Translations under genes and position numbers: made by a program | Notes under the pieces: model-generated | The model's database searches: none | What the model was told of the DNA's origin: nothing | Seen by the model: the letters and a program-made list of their open reading frames with translations, nothing else | Origin: Salpingoeca rosetta | Taxonomy: Eukaryota > Protista > Choanoflagellata | Assembly (NCBI GenBank): GCA_033442325.1 | Contig: JAWQFM010000009.1 | Coordinates: 17,057 to 81,056, forward strand | Length of the DNA: 64,000 nucleotides | Direction: 5' to 3' | In this document: positions 12,453 to 41,331 of the stretch, piece after piece | Numbering within the stretch: position 1 is the stretch's first letter | Layout of the letters: every line of letters begins with the position of its first letter

Positions 12453-15400
12453 GCTGTGCACAGCATGCATCCCCTCACCTCCTCTCTTCTTCGCTCCCTC
12501 CTCCTCCCCCTCCTTCTCACAGTCACAACAGACAACCAACAGCCACAAAGAGCTGGAAGAGAAAACAAACAAGGGGGAAGGGGCAACAGCCGCCCAGCCA
12601 GATCGCCATGGAAGCAAGAGGCGAGGCGATGGAGGAGGGAAAGGAGAACACCGTCCATCAACACACACGCACACACACATCCGTTGGGAACCCCACGTCT
12701 TCTGTCCTTGCTTCCCCTCTTCCTTTCCTTGGCCTGGGTTGAGTTGGGTTGGTTGAGGTGGCACAGCTCGCCATGGCGTGTCCATGCGTGGGTGTGGGTG
12801 CGGGTGTTGGATGTGGATGGGTTCCTCTCTCTGGGTGTGAAAAGGGGGGTGGAGGGAAATAGTGGAAGGGGTGGTAGCAGCAGAGAGGAGGAAGGAGAAG
12901 AAGCAAGGGGAGGGGGTAGATGTGAGCATGCCATGCGTGAATGGACAGCAAAAACACATGGGGGTGGGTGATGATGATGATGATGTGCTTGTTGTTTTGT
13001 GTAGTTGTGATGGCACAAGCACACAAAGGTCAACCCCAACTACACACACACACACACACACAATCACACACCTCGTCGGCGTTTAACGCATCTGCCTGGC
13101 ATATGCGCACACACGCACGCACATCTGCAGTCATACACACACACACAGTGTCACACATGGCATTTTCCAGAGTGAGACGGTGCACCATGCACAGCAATGC
13201 AAACACAACCACCACAACTACCACAACGACAACATCTCGCCCCATCTCCACCTCCCAAATGCACGGTCACATGACCAGGTGCACAGCCGTGGTGGTGATG
13301 GTGGCCATGATGAACGCCTTCCTCCCACTTCCCCTCAATCCCTTCCACCAAACACACACAGCATTGCGTGCCCTCACCTCGTGCATCGTGTTGCTGTCGG
13401 CGTGGTTGATGGCGATGCATGCACGCGCATACGCACACGCACACATGGCGTGTGTGTTCCCAGTTGAGATGAGCAACGGAGAGACAGAAAGGGGTGACAC
13501 GACACGATGGCCAGTCAACCCCAAATCCAATCCAGCATCCACCGCCGTGTGTTGCCTGCTGCAGTCATCATCACAATCACAAACAGGTGCGCAGGTGCAA
13601 GCAAAAGGAATGAGCCACTGATATATGTGTCATTGTCATGTGATACCACCACCACACGACATCACGTGCATGTGCACACGCACCCCCATCCCTCAACCAA
13701 CATCATCGCCCTCCTATCACTTCCTCTCCCTCTCCCTCCTTTCGCTCTGCACTCCACGCCGCACCACAATCACCGTGTCACTTCCCTCCCCCCCCCCCTG
13801 CTCCCACCACTCGACACAACCCAACCAACCAAGCAACCAACCGCCAACGGTCATCCTCACCTGTGCTTGATGCAGCCAGCCAGTCAGCCAATGTGCCACA
13901 GCGAAACCAGAAAAAATGGAAGCGCAATCACACGCCACGGCCACTATCGTCACCGCTGATGGAGCAGAAAGGGGAGATGAAGGGGGAAGGGTGGTGGGCA
14001 CGGGCCGTGTCCTTCCGTGTCCTCATCGGTGCAGCCCCAAACACGGTGCACAGCGCACATGCACATGCACGGCCATCACCACAGCAGCACCAGTAGCAGC
14101 AGCGAGCTAGCCTGCCCTGCGTGCCTGCCTGTGAGGCAAGGAGAAACCAACCAAAGACGAACAACAACAGCCGGTGATGGTGAGGACAGGAAAGGAGGGA
14201 CACAAGGGACCACGCATGGGAATATGCAGCTTGTTGTGGGCGGGGTGCATCACCTACACACAAGAACAACGAAGCAAGCACCCAACAATCAAGCAACCAA
14301 GCGAGCAAGCACACAGCACCACCACCACCACCACATCCACCACTGCTGCGATACCTGTGTTGGCGGCTGTCTCGATCACGCCTCAACAGCTCCACATCAC
14401 ATGGGGAAGGCTGACGATGATGATGACACAGCGCAAAGGCGATTGGTTGGGAAAGAAGGAAGGGAATTCGGTTGGGGAAACCCCACACCTCCGCCTGCAG
14501 CCACGCATACGCACATTTGAGTTGTGAGATTGATTCATGTGAGACACACGTCAGTGCAACCACCCACAGCCAATGACTGCTCTGGTGTGTTGACACACAT
14601 GTGTACATGCGTGTGCGTGCGAATGAGTACTACCACTCCACCCTTCACCGCACACACACACACAGCGCCAACGTCTCACCTTGTGTCTTCTTCTCTCGCA
14701 CATTTGTGTGTGCGTGTATCGCCCTGCTCGTGTCATGAGGGCTTGGGAAGAGATCGGCCTCCGTCCTGTGCAGAATCACACACATGCACACATGCGCAAG
14801 CACAAACAATCAAAATCAGCAAGAATGACACCACGCAGCGAGCCAGTATGGCAGAAACAAACCACATCCACCTCCTTGTGCCACATTCCACATCACCCAC
14901 ACCACCTGTGCACATGTCACATCCCCAAACACAGATACACACAACCACCGCCACCACAAGCAGTACATCTGCACATGCGTGTGGGTGCGCCACGTACATC
15001 CACCGCAAATCACTCACCACCACCATCATCGTCGTCATGTTGGGCAACGGCGCATCGACGCACATTACACCCTGTACGTGTGCGTGTGGAGAAAGAGGTG
15101 AGTTGTCACAGAATCAGGCTGTCAACGACAACAACATCCATTGCCACCACCAACAGGCCCAACGACATCCAACCAGCACTTCACAATCACACATATACAT
15201 GTACATGCTGATGTTCACACCCAACACATCACACATCACCCACATCACCACAACCACCATTCATCCCACCTCCATATCCATAGCCGCAGCCGCTGCTGTT
15301 GGGGACCAACGACGACGAGGACGAGGAGGAGGAGATGGCCCAGAGGCAGAGGGCCCGTTCATCCACAATGCAGCCACATCAGGTACTGCTGTTGCTGATG

Positions 15401-18400
15401 GTGGAAACGGTGAAAACAAACGGCCCCTTGCCACGCCGTGTCCTTTGCTCGCTCGCTCGGCTGTTTGGTTGGTCGGTTGGACGGAGACGGAGACACGCCG
15501 CTGTGTCCAAATCAATCGAAAAAGGGGGAAGAAGAAGAAAAGACACATGAGTGGACAGAACAGACAAGGGAAGTGGGAGGCGAAGAAGGGAACACAGCGT
15601 GTCAACCAACACACACACACACACATCTCAGTCGCCCTCTCACCTTCATCACTCGTCATCGCCATCGTCGTTGGTTCCACCGCTTCATGCGCCTCCTCAA
15701 CGCTGTGAATTGTGTGTGTGCACAGACACAAGATGGGAGAGAATGCAGGGGGGTGAGGTTGACAGCGAAGCATCATCAACCACACGCCAGCCTCAAATAA
15801 CCACCCGCATTGACACACAACCTCACGCACACACACATGTTGTCCCCACTCACCACCATGCACGCACACACACACACACATTGCTCACCTCTTCATCAGA
15901 GCGACTGACATGTGCAATGTCTGCCTCACGCCAGATTGGGGCTGGTGTGAGCCGGCGTGTGATGGCGGCTGTGCGGTCGATGGTGGTGATGGTGATGATG
16001 ATGACGGCCGAGCTGAGGTAGAAGAGGAGAGAAATGGGGAAGGTTGATGATGATGATGGGGTCGTTCATGGTGGCTCCTTTCCCTTCCACTGATGTGGCC
16101 CTGGTGTCCATGCAACCAACACACAACGACAAGATACAACGATATCATCACACAAAGGCACAGACATGGCATGTGAGCACGGCAGACATATTCACCTTCC
16201 ATCCCCCCTATGCTTTCCTACTCCTCGCCCACCACACACACACACACACACGCACACGCACACACACACACACACACATCTGCGCCTGACAGTGTCGCTG
16301 TGGTTGGATGTGCCCACCATGACCATGGACGTGTGTGTCCACAGCTGCTCCTCCCAATCCATCATGTGTGTGCACCCGCCCATCATCCTCCAACGATCCT
16401 CAGGCAGTCGCCCCCTTGCAGCCACAAGCACACACACACATGGCATGTGAGTCGCACAGCTACGCTGCTGCACGAGGCACAGCAGCGACAACAACAAGCA
16501 CCCACAGCAGCAACACCAACACATGCACCATACGCCAACCAACGCAGCCATGATGGGCTCACCTTGCTCACATGTGGGAACACTGCATGAGCACAGCAAC
16601 GGCAGCCGAATCGGGGGAGTTGCTGCTGCAGCAGCCGGCATGCGAGCCCGCTTTCATTACCATCCTGATGTGTGCTGGTACCTCACCACCTGTGCATGCG
16701 TGTGTGCGTGTGTGCGTGTGGTTGCAGGGAACGTGGATGGGAACAGGACACAACAGGCACAGAGCAAGCCATCACGTCAGCATAGCAGAAAGAGTGATTG
16801 ACATCACACACACCACGTGTGCGCGGGCGTGTGTGTACGTGTGTGCGTGTCGGTGTGTGACCACCATCCCCCATCAACCCTCTTCCCGCGTTCACTTCAG
16901 CGCACCCCAGCACCGCCACCGCACCCATCACACAACCAACCAACCACTCATCACCACCAACATACCATGTGTGAGGCGAGTGCAGCTGGCACGCGTAGCA
17001 AGTATCCCCGACATTTCCCTCATCCTGCTTGTGCGTGCGCATCGCCTGTGAGTGTGTTTGTGTGCGAGCACCAGCATGGTGAGTGAGTGGGAGGAAGGGA
17101 AGAGGGAGCATGAATATGTGCGCAGCTACACTGCTGCTGCCACTGCTGGTGTTGTGCATGCATTTGTGTGAAGGAGGAGAAAGGGAAGAGGGAGAAAACA
17201 GAAAACAGAAGGGAAGGAACAAGACATGCTGCACCCCATCCATTCCATCCATCCCTCTTCCTCACACCACCACACACCATCATCCTCTGTCACCAGCCAG
17301 CCACACCACACCGTACCACACCACACTCACTCAGCATCCCCCACCCCACCTCATCCCATCCATCCAACCAACCAACACATCTCCTCTCCCTTTTCCCTCT
17401 TCTTCTCGCCCTCACCTCTGCTGCTTCTGCTTCTTGCCGAAAATGCAACTTGTGCTGTCGCCACCTGTTCCCAGCTGCAAACAGCCAGCTTCTGCCAGCA
17501 GCAGCAGCGGGCGATGGGTTGGTTGGTTGGCTGGTTGGTCGGGGAATGTGTTCAGCAGCAAGTGGTGATGGTGGTGGTGCATTCTCTGCTGCTGCTGCAT
17601 CGGCGGTGGAGGGTGTGTTGGCTGCTGCTGCTGCTGTTGTTGTTGTGATAGCCGTCAGGGAGGGCGAGAAAGAGAGGGGAATATAAGCAGCAGCTGCAAG
17701 GTGAAGAATGTGCAGGTGTGCAAGCAGTTGTGTGTGAGAACGACGAATGAGACAGCGCATCAAGCAAGGCAAAACAGGCAGCCGCACCACACACATGCAC
17801 ACATTAATGTGGGACAACAAGGGGAGACAGGAGCAACAGAGACAGCGACCACAAAACACGCACACTGGTGCGGTGCGCAGCATACACACATATTGCAGTG
17901 ATGCACTCACGTTGCTCATCGCTTGCTTGTTTGTGTGTGTTGGTGTTGCTGCTTCCACAGCCGCACAAGCGTGGCTGGATGGTCATCACATGGCAGCGCT
18001 CGTCTGTTCATCCCACCAGAGCAGTGGTGGTTGGTGGAGGGAGGTGGGTGACAGCTGCTGGCTCAAGGGCCCTGTTGTGTGGCGACAGCAGAAAGAAGGA
18101 AGGGAAAACGAGCAAGCGTGATGGTGGTGGTGTTGACGGTGTTGAGAGTGGGATGGGAAGGATGTGAGCAAACACACAAGAAAATGAGAAGTGGTGATGA
18201 TGGCGTGTGGGTGGGTGGAGAAGAGAACATGCACGTCGACACGCACACACACACACACACACCTGTCTGGGTGATGCAGTGGTTCGATTACCATTCATCC
18301 GTCAGCATGTAGTCATTTGTTGGTTGGTTGGTTGGTGGGAGTCGCCCACTGCCTCACGCATCAGCCAGCACTTGTTGCTGCTGCTGATGATGATGATGAT

Positions 18401-19540
18401 GATGGAATGCATCCATCTGCACGCACCACCACAAACGAGCAAGCAACAATAACAGCAACAGTGAGCAGCATGTCACATACAGAAAGGAGGAGAAGGCAGG
18501 AGGATGAGGCTGAGAAGAAACACAACCCCGTGTACACACACACACACACACATACACACACATTGGCTGTGATGGTGGTTGATGCCATTTCCCCCTCTAT
18601 CTCTTATGTGTGCTGCTCACTGGTTGAGAGGAAGCATGATCCATTCTCAGGGTGGCCGCTGCATGACGGTGGCTGATGGCAGCTGTTCTGTCACCACACA
18701 ACGGTGAGCAAGTGAGTGTGTGTGTGTGTGTGTGCATTGGTGTGTGCCACATGCAGTGGTATGTTGGTTGTGATCCAACCACCCATGGATGGATGGATGG
18801 ATGCGTGGTGGTCCACATGTGTGTGTGTGTGTGTGCACGATGACAGCGTGAACTGTGTTGTTGTTGTTGTTAATGGTGGTTGTTGTTGCTGTGCGCAGTG
18901 TGCAGGGAGAAGAAGGAGAAGAGGAGGAGCACGGAGTGGGAGGAAGAAGTGGGAGCACTCAATCTCACCCTCACCTGTCGATGGATGAGTCATTCATGTG
19001 GTCGCTGGTTCGTTGGCTGGTTGGTTGTGCGTGGTGCAACACAGGAGAAGGAAATGGACAACGATGGATGGAAGGGAGGATGGAGAAGAGAGACGGTGCG
19101 CACACCCTCCCTGCACATGTGTGTGTGTGTGTGTGTGTGCGTCAGCGAGGACGACGAAGGGAAGGAAGGGGAAGGAAGGGAAGGAAGGAAGGAACGTGGC
19201 ACGCACAACCACTCTAATGTGTGTGTGTGTGTGTGCACGAACCAATGACACATTCCCACCTCACATCCCCTCACCTCACCCCACCTCACCTCACATCACC
19301 TCATCTCACCTGCCTGTCAGCAGCAGCGACGACGACCATGATCACCATCACCATTCCCACCACCATCACACACACACACACCAGCTGCGCAGAAGAAGAA
19401 GAATGAAGCAACGGCGAGTGGATTGGTTGGTTGGTTGGTTGGTTGCAGAATCGGTTGTTTGCTCGTTTCTGCTCTGGCTGGTTTTTTGGTGTGTGTGGGA
19501 TTTTCCTCTTCCTCTTCTTCTTGCTTGCTGCTTGCTGGCT
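6278..19540. other. 5' ETS plus intergenic spacer of the rDNA unit (non-coding, simple-repeat rich)
   Basis: About 13 kb upstream of 18S with no credible exon chain; ORFs are low-complexity HT/CV translations. The Pol I start cannot be located from sequence alone. Confidence 0.65.
8803..9170. repeat. 63-bp tandem subrepeat array in the rDNA spacer
   Basis: Unit ~TGGATTCACTCCACTTCATCCGTCTATTCACTTGCAAGCACTCACAACTCATCCTGCTTGCTT recurs at 8945, 9008, 9071, 9134 (period 63), with further copies near 8808 and (diverged) 8701. Confidence 0.9.
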
Positions 19541-19547
19541 CTGCCTT

Positions 19548-19553
19548 TATAAA
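19548..19553 (+). promoter_or_regulatory. TATA element at about -28 of the 5S gene
   Basis: TATAAA begins 28 nt before the 5S start, in an otherwise TATA-poor region. Confidence 0.65.
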
Positions 19554-19575
19554 TTGCTTGTCCACGTCTTCTGTC

Positions 19576-19694
19576 GGCAACGTTCATACCAACGGGATCA
19601 CGCCCGCTCTCGTCCGATCGCGGAAGCTAAGCCCGTTTGGGCCCGTTCAGTACTGCCGTGGGTGACCAGGCGGGAATCACGGGTGATGTTGCTC
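19576..19694 (+). rRNA. 5S rRNA
   Basis: GGCAACGTTCATACC...CTCGTCCGATCGCGGAAGCTAAGC...CAGTACT...GGGTGACC...GGGAATCACGGGTGATGTTGCT; ~119 nt; helices I-III pair with compensatory changes; box A AGCTAAGC. Confidence 0.95.
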
Positions 19695-19700
19695 TCTTCC

Positions 19701-19709
19701 TTTTTTTTT
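19701..19709 (+). terminator. Pol III terminator (T9) of 5S
   Basis: T-run 6 nt after the 5S 3' end. Confidence 0.8.
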
Positions 19710-19876
19710 CTTCTCTTCTGCTGTGGTGCTTGCTGTCTCTCCTTCACTTCCCTCCTCTCTCTTGTCTTAGCTTGGTGCTTGGTCGGTTTACCTCTCTCCC
19801 TCACTTCCCCTTCCTTGTCCTTCTCCCCCGCCCCGCAGTGTGCTTGGCAACCACATACATAGCGCATTGGCCGCTA

Positions 19877-19882
19877 TTTATT
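19877..19882 (-). promoter_or_regulatory. Candidate polyadenylation signal (AATAAA) of the cap methyltransferase gene
   Basis: AATAAA on the minus strand ~185 nt after the stop codon at 20068. Confidence 0.4.
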
Positions 19883-20067
19883 GGCCGATGGCAAATTAGG
19901 TCGGTACGGCAACAACACACGAGAGCACGGGCCAGGTACTGTATGCAGGAACGTTTACAACGACAGCAGCTGCCACGCCATCGAGAGCAATCAAAGAGTT
20001 CAGGCAGGCAAAGTAAATATCTTTCAGGCAAGCACTAAGAGGAGCGGTGACAAGGAACAATGGCAAG

Positions 20068-24527
<4,460 letters not shown>

Positions 24528-24613
24528 GGTCCGAACACGACGCCACAAAATGACCATTCCTGGCTGACGACAGCGACACACAGAAAGGGCCAAAATACGA
24601 CGTGCCAGCCAAG

Positions 24614-36558
<11,945 letters not shown>

Positions 36559-36748
36559 CCTCTGTGTGTCTGATGTGAATGTTTGTGCATGTCTGTGTAT
36601 GTGCATGCGTGCATGTGTTTGTGTCTGCTGGGGCAGCTCAGCTTGTCGCGCTCTCCATCCACCACCAAGCACACACCATGCTCGCCGTTGTTTGTTTTTC
36701 TGGTTTGTTTCTTCCTTTGCGTTCGCGTTCTTCTGCCGCCATAAACGA

Positions 36749-37357
36749 ATGAGCAAAACCCAGCAAAGACGACGAAGGACGATGGACAGAGTGCGAGAGG
36801 TGAAGAGTTTGCTGGAGGCTGCGCTGCAGGTCAGTCAGTGAGTCGTGACGCTGGTGATCGAGCGGGGTGGGAGAAGCGCGCACCCGCACCCGTACAAGTT
36901 GTCGCTCACGGTGTTTGCTTGCTTGCGTGCTGTGTCTGTCGTGTCTGCCGTGTCTGGCATGCAGGACAAGGATGAGGATGGCCTGAAGGAAGCTGTCACT
37001 GCACTTGGAGACGTGACCATGACCGTTGACATCCTGCGGGTGCGTGTGTGTGTATGTGTATGTGTCTGTCTGTCTGTGTCTGTCTTGCTGTCTGTCTCTG
37101 TGTCTCTCTGTGTGTCTGCCTGTCTGCGAGCGTGCACTTGTGCAATGCGAGTGCCACCTTCTACATCTGCACATGTCGCTGTCCCGACTCTTTTGTTTTG
37201 ATGACATTGGACTCGACGTGGCTCGTACTTTGCCATCTCCCTCACGAGGCTGCTGTGCACCTTCAATCAGGCAACCAAGATCCAGTCTGTCTTGAAGCAA
37301 GTTCGAGAGGCGTTAAAGCCAACCAAATCACCGTACGTCTGTGTGCATGTATGTGCG

Positions 37358-37410
<53 letters not shown>

Positions 37411-37593
37411 CTCTCCGGTTCTCCCACTCACCAACTGCCCCGGCCTCCAATTACTTGTCGCAGGTTGCTTCCCGATGTGCGCAAGGTTATCAAGAGATAC
37501 AACAAGCTGCAAAAGAACTTCGAGAAGGTAAGAGTGAGAGTGTGAGAGTGAGAGTGAGTGTGTGTGAGAGTGAGAGAGAGAGAGTGTGTGTGT

Positions 37594-37637
<44 letters not shown>

Positions 37638-38694
37638 CCATATCTGCGTGAATCCGTGTCTGCGTGAATCCATGTCTGCGTGAATTCGTGTCTGCGTGTG
37701 TCCGTGCCTGCGGTTACACCCTGCTCGTCTCAGTTGCCCTCAACTCATCTTCTTCCGCTTGCACCCACACGCACCATGCTAACCGTACGTTCCTGATGTG
37801 TGCAACAAACCATCACAGGCAGTGGAGAAGAAAGGTGCCCCGAGTCGGTCCCCCAGGTGATTCACACACACCCACACATATGCCCACTTGCTCCACACGT
37901 GATTTCTTCCGCGCTCCTGCGCTCCAACTATCTCGTTTCCCTCCATGTCCCTCCTCCACTCATCACCACATCCACCGTCACGCCCACCACCATCCGCTTC
38001 GTTGTCCCTATCCCCTGCAGCGCGTCTTCTGCTGGCGGCAGCGGTGAGCGCCACGCCACGGTGCTGCGCCTCAAGCGGTCGGATGGCACGGACGATCTCA
38101 CTGTCGTCGACAGCACCACCCAGGGCCTCTCCCCGGGAAATACAGACGCGGCGCGCACCACGCCGTTTACACAACCAGAGCTCGAACGCTTTGGCGAAGC
38201 TGTTCCGGTCGGTGTTCTGTGTTTTGTGTTGTGTGTTGTGTGTTGTGTATGTCTGTGTTCTGTGTTGTGTGTTGTATGTCTGTGTTGTGCTTGTCTGTGT
38301 TGTGTATGTCTGTGTGTGTGTGTGTGTGTCTGTCTGTCTGTCTGCTTGTCTGTATGTGATTTGTGTTCTGTGCGTGTGTGATATGCCTCTCTGCTGTTAA
38401 TGCGGTGCCATCAATTCGTCGCCAAACACACACGCGCACATTCTCTCTCGCATGCACATGCTCACACACGACATACGCAAACTGCAGCCGGAAGCGAGTA
38501 CTGAACACAGCACATGGACACCGCAGCGTCGGTGGCAGCATGTTGACGGCACACTTGGGCCTGGTTCGCGATGGTGCGTGCAGTACGTGTTTTTTATATG
38601 CATGCGCCCTCACCTTCTCTTCTCATGTCTCTCGCCTGGCTGTTGCACGTGCTGGGTTTTGGTGTGTCACAACCTTGCACAACGTGTCTTCAAA

Positions 38695-38734
<40 letters not shown>

Positions 38735-38904
38735 ACACACACGCACACAGAAACACACACACACACACACACACACACTGCCGCACCCCCATCCTCTCAG
38801 GCACATTGTTGTCTCATTACAGGTATCCATGGACAGCACGCATTCCCGTTCGAAAGGCGAAAGGCAGCCAAGTCATCATGGGTCCATATGTAGTTCCAAG
38901 ATGA
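36749..38904 (+). CDS. MED26: Mediator subunit 26-like (TFIIS-N domain plus Med26 C-terminal motif); 8 exons; start may instead be ATG 36782
   Basis: Exons 36749-36829, 36965-37039, 37271-37332, 37464-37527, 37819-37856, 38021-38207, 38488-38573, 38823-38904 join in phase. N-terminus LKEAVTALGDVTMTVDILRATKIQSVLKQVR..VRKVIKRYNKL (TFIIS-N); C-terminus RWQHVDGTLGPGSRWYPWTARIP..VIMGPYVVPR*. Confidence 0.75.
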
Positions 38905-39183
38905 TGTTCTGGTCCGCCCCAGTTATTGAGCAGCAATGTCCTTTTCGTCCCTTTCGCTCTTTCAACCCCCTTTTCCCTCTCTCTTCTCCCTTGTGTATCC
39001 TTTTGTTCGCTCTCACCGTCGCATCCTCGGCACCCGACACGTGTACATACTTGCGTTCTCTCGCTGTGTAATGAAAATGTATTGTAATGCAACATAAACT
39101 TCACGCATGCTATCTACCCAGCACTCAATCCATCCAGCACCACGTGCCACCATCGCTGAAAGCAAACACAAAACACGTGCGAT

Positions 39184-40120
39184 TCAGAGCAGTGTACAGC
39201 ATCCTCCCTTCTTCTTGTCCCCAGGTGTCTCCGTCGTCCCCTTGCCACCATCACCCTCATCATCGCCGTCACCCTCATCGCCTCCGCCACGACTGCTGCG
39301 CTTGCTGTCTGCGCCGCCGCTCGCTGCCGATGTCTTGCGCGAGTACTCGTCGCTGTTGCCCTCGTGGGCGCTGGCGCGGCGACCACGACGCACGTCAGAC
39401 GGCAACACGCCGTGGTGCTCATCAACACCGCGACCATCACCATCGCCAGCACCGTGACCATCATGACCATCATGGGCATCATCATCATCGCCGTGCGTGT
39501 GATCAATGACCCACGTTGGGCCCTCAAGCTCGTCCAGCGTTTTCTACAGCAGCAGCGGTGACATGAAGTCATGTGATGTCGTGTAAAGAAGTGAGAGGTG
39601 AACCCTGTCGCGTGTGATGGTACTGCAGACACACACACACACACACGCACACACACACGCACACAAACACACACACACACGCACGCACGCACACACACAC
39701 ACACGCACACACACACACGCGCGCGCACACACACACACGCACACACACACACACACACACACACGGTACCTCGTGCAATTTGGGTGTCGGTTTCGGCTTG
39801 ACGGGCGCTGGCGTTGTGCGCACATCTTTGAGCACACTCCGCTGCGCCAGAATCTGTGAGGGATCGAGACCCGCAGTGCCAAACATGGAGATGCCACGCA
39901 TCTTGGCGCGCTCCTTTGCCAGACGCGGAAGGGCGAGTGAGATGACCTGATCGCCACCGAGCGCAACGAAGAGGGAGTGGGCGGAGGCGCCGACACGAGA
40001 CGCCACCGCCCCAATGCTCTGATCAGCAACAAACCGCGTGATGCGCGTCTCCTCGCCCGCATCCCAGACCTTAGGTTGTGTGTGTGTGGGTGGGTGGGTC
40101 AGTGAGTGTGTGTGTGTGCG

Positions 40121-40168
<48 letters not shown>

Positions 40169-41284
40169 TGTGTGAGTGAGTGAGTCAGTGAGGGACGTGT
40201 TTGGATGAGAACCAAAGCGGAAAGCCAAGCCCTGTGTCATTACAGACGCCCCGCCAACAAACAGGACATTGCACCGCGTATCTCAGCTCAATAGACCTCG
40301 AGGGCATTGTTCATGATGAGGACGGGCTGTGCACTCGGCGTCACAGCCACGTTGGTGATGGGGTGCAGCGTCTGAAGCGTCCGCTTGCACTCCTGTGGGC
40401 CAAATCCCACACTTTCGCCTGCGTTCCACTCCTGTTGGGCCATACACAGCGGGACAAGGAGCGAATGCACACAAGAACGCANNNNNNNNNNNNNNNNNNN
40501 NNNNNNNNNNNNNNNNNNNNNNNNNNNNNNNNNNNNNNNNNNNNNNNNNNNNNNNNNNNNNNNNNNNNNNNNNNNNNNNNNGACGTCCATCTCGACCTCC
40601 TTTTACACACAGAGAGATGTAGAGAATCACTATCAAAATTAACGTACGCACTCAAGCGAGATACAACACGTTCTACCTCTTCCTGCCTTTCTTTCCTTCA
40701 CTTAGATCTACAAAACTAAAAAAAACAATGAGAAAATATAAAATAAACAAAAACAATATCTAATATTTCTTTTTTTCCCTCTTTCAACAGGAGTAATTTG
40801 AACATACTTTTCTCACAACCGGAAGCCACCTCCTTGATTTTTTTCCAAAAGAGGTATCAAAATATATAGGGGGGAAAAAAGTGGGGTTAATAAAAATTTT
40901 GGGGGGGGGGAGGGGGGCGCGCGCGCGCGCGTGCGGTGGAAGCAACGTGCGTCATGGCCACCCACGCGGAAATGACGGTGCTGTCGTTGGAGGCGATGCA
41001 ATTCACGGGCGCATCGTGTTGGCCAAGCACCACCGGATGCTCAGCGACGACGACGACGACCTCACGACCCGCGCCAACCACAAGCCCGTGCTCTGAACAG
41101 CGGTGGTGATGACAGTGGTGGTCGTGCTTCGGCGTGAGCTTGCAGTCACACAAACACGGAGGGAAACCATTTGTGCAATTGGCGTGCAAACAAAGCAAAC
41201 AACACACACACACACACACGCACACACACACACACGCGCGCGCGCACGCACGCACGCACGCACGCACGCACACACACATACACA

Positions 41285-41331
<47 letters not shown>

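Noticed and set aside
12693-12706. 14-nt exact match (CCACGTCTTCTGTC) to the sequence immediately upstream of 5S (19562-19575)
   Set aside because: No 5S remnant follows it, and some 14-mer matches are expected by chance in 64 kb.
9500-19500. Numerous ORFs of up to ~390 aa in the spacer
   Set aside because: Low-complexity HT/CV/poly-amino-acid translations of microsatellites; no domain motifs or phase-consistent exon chain.
19300-20060. Spliced-leader RNA gene linked to 5S (suggested by the adjacent trypanosome-like cap methyltransferase)
   Set aside because: No convincing Sm-binding site with a donor-containing stem-loop was seen near the 5S gene.
39364-39561. Small plus-strand ORF with a hydrophobic stretch
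   Set aside because: It is the antisense of the acidic final exon of the NWD gene.
40582-40930. AT-rich island with homopolymer runs inside the NWD gene, possibly an insertion or contaminant
   Set aside because: Directly abuts an N gap and looks like low-quality read end; no ORF or terminal repeats.
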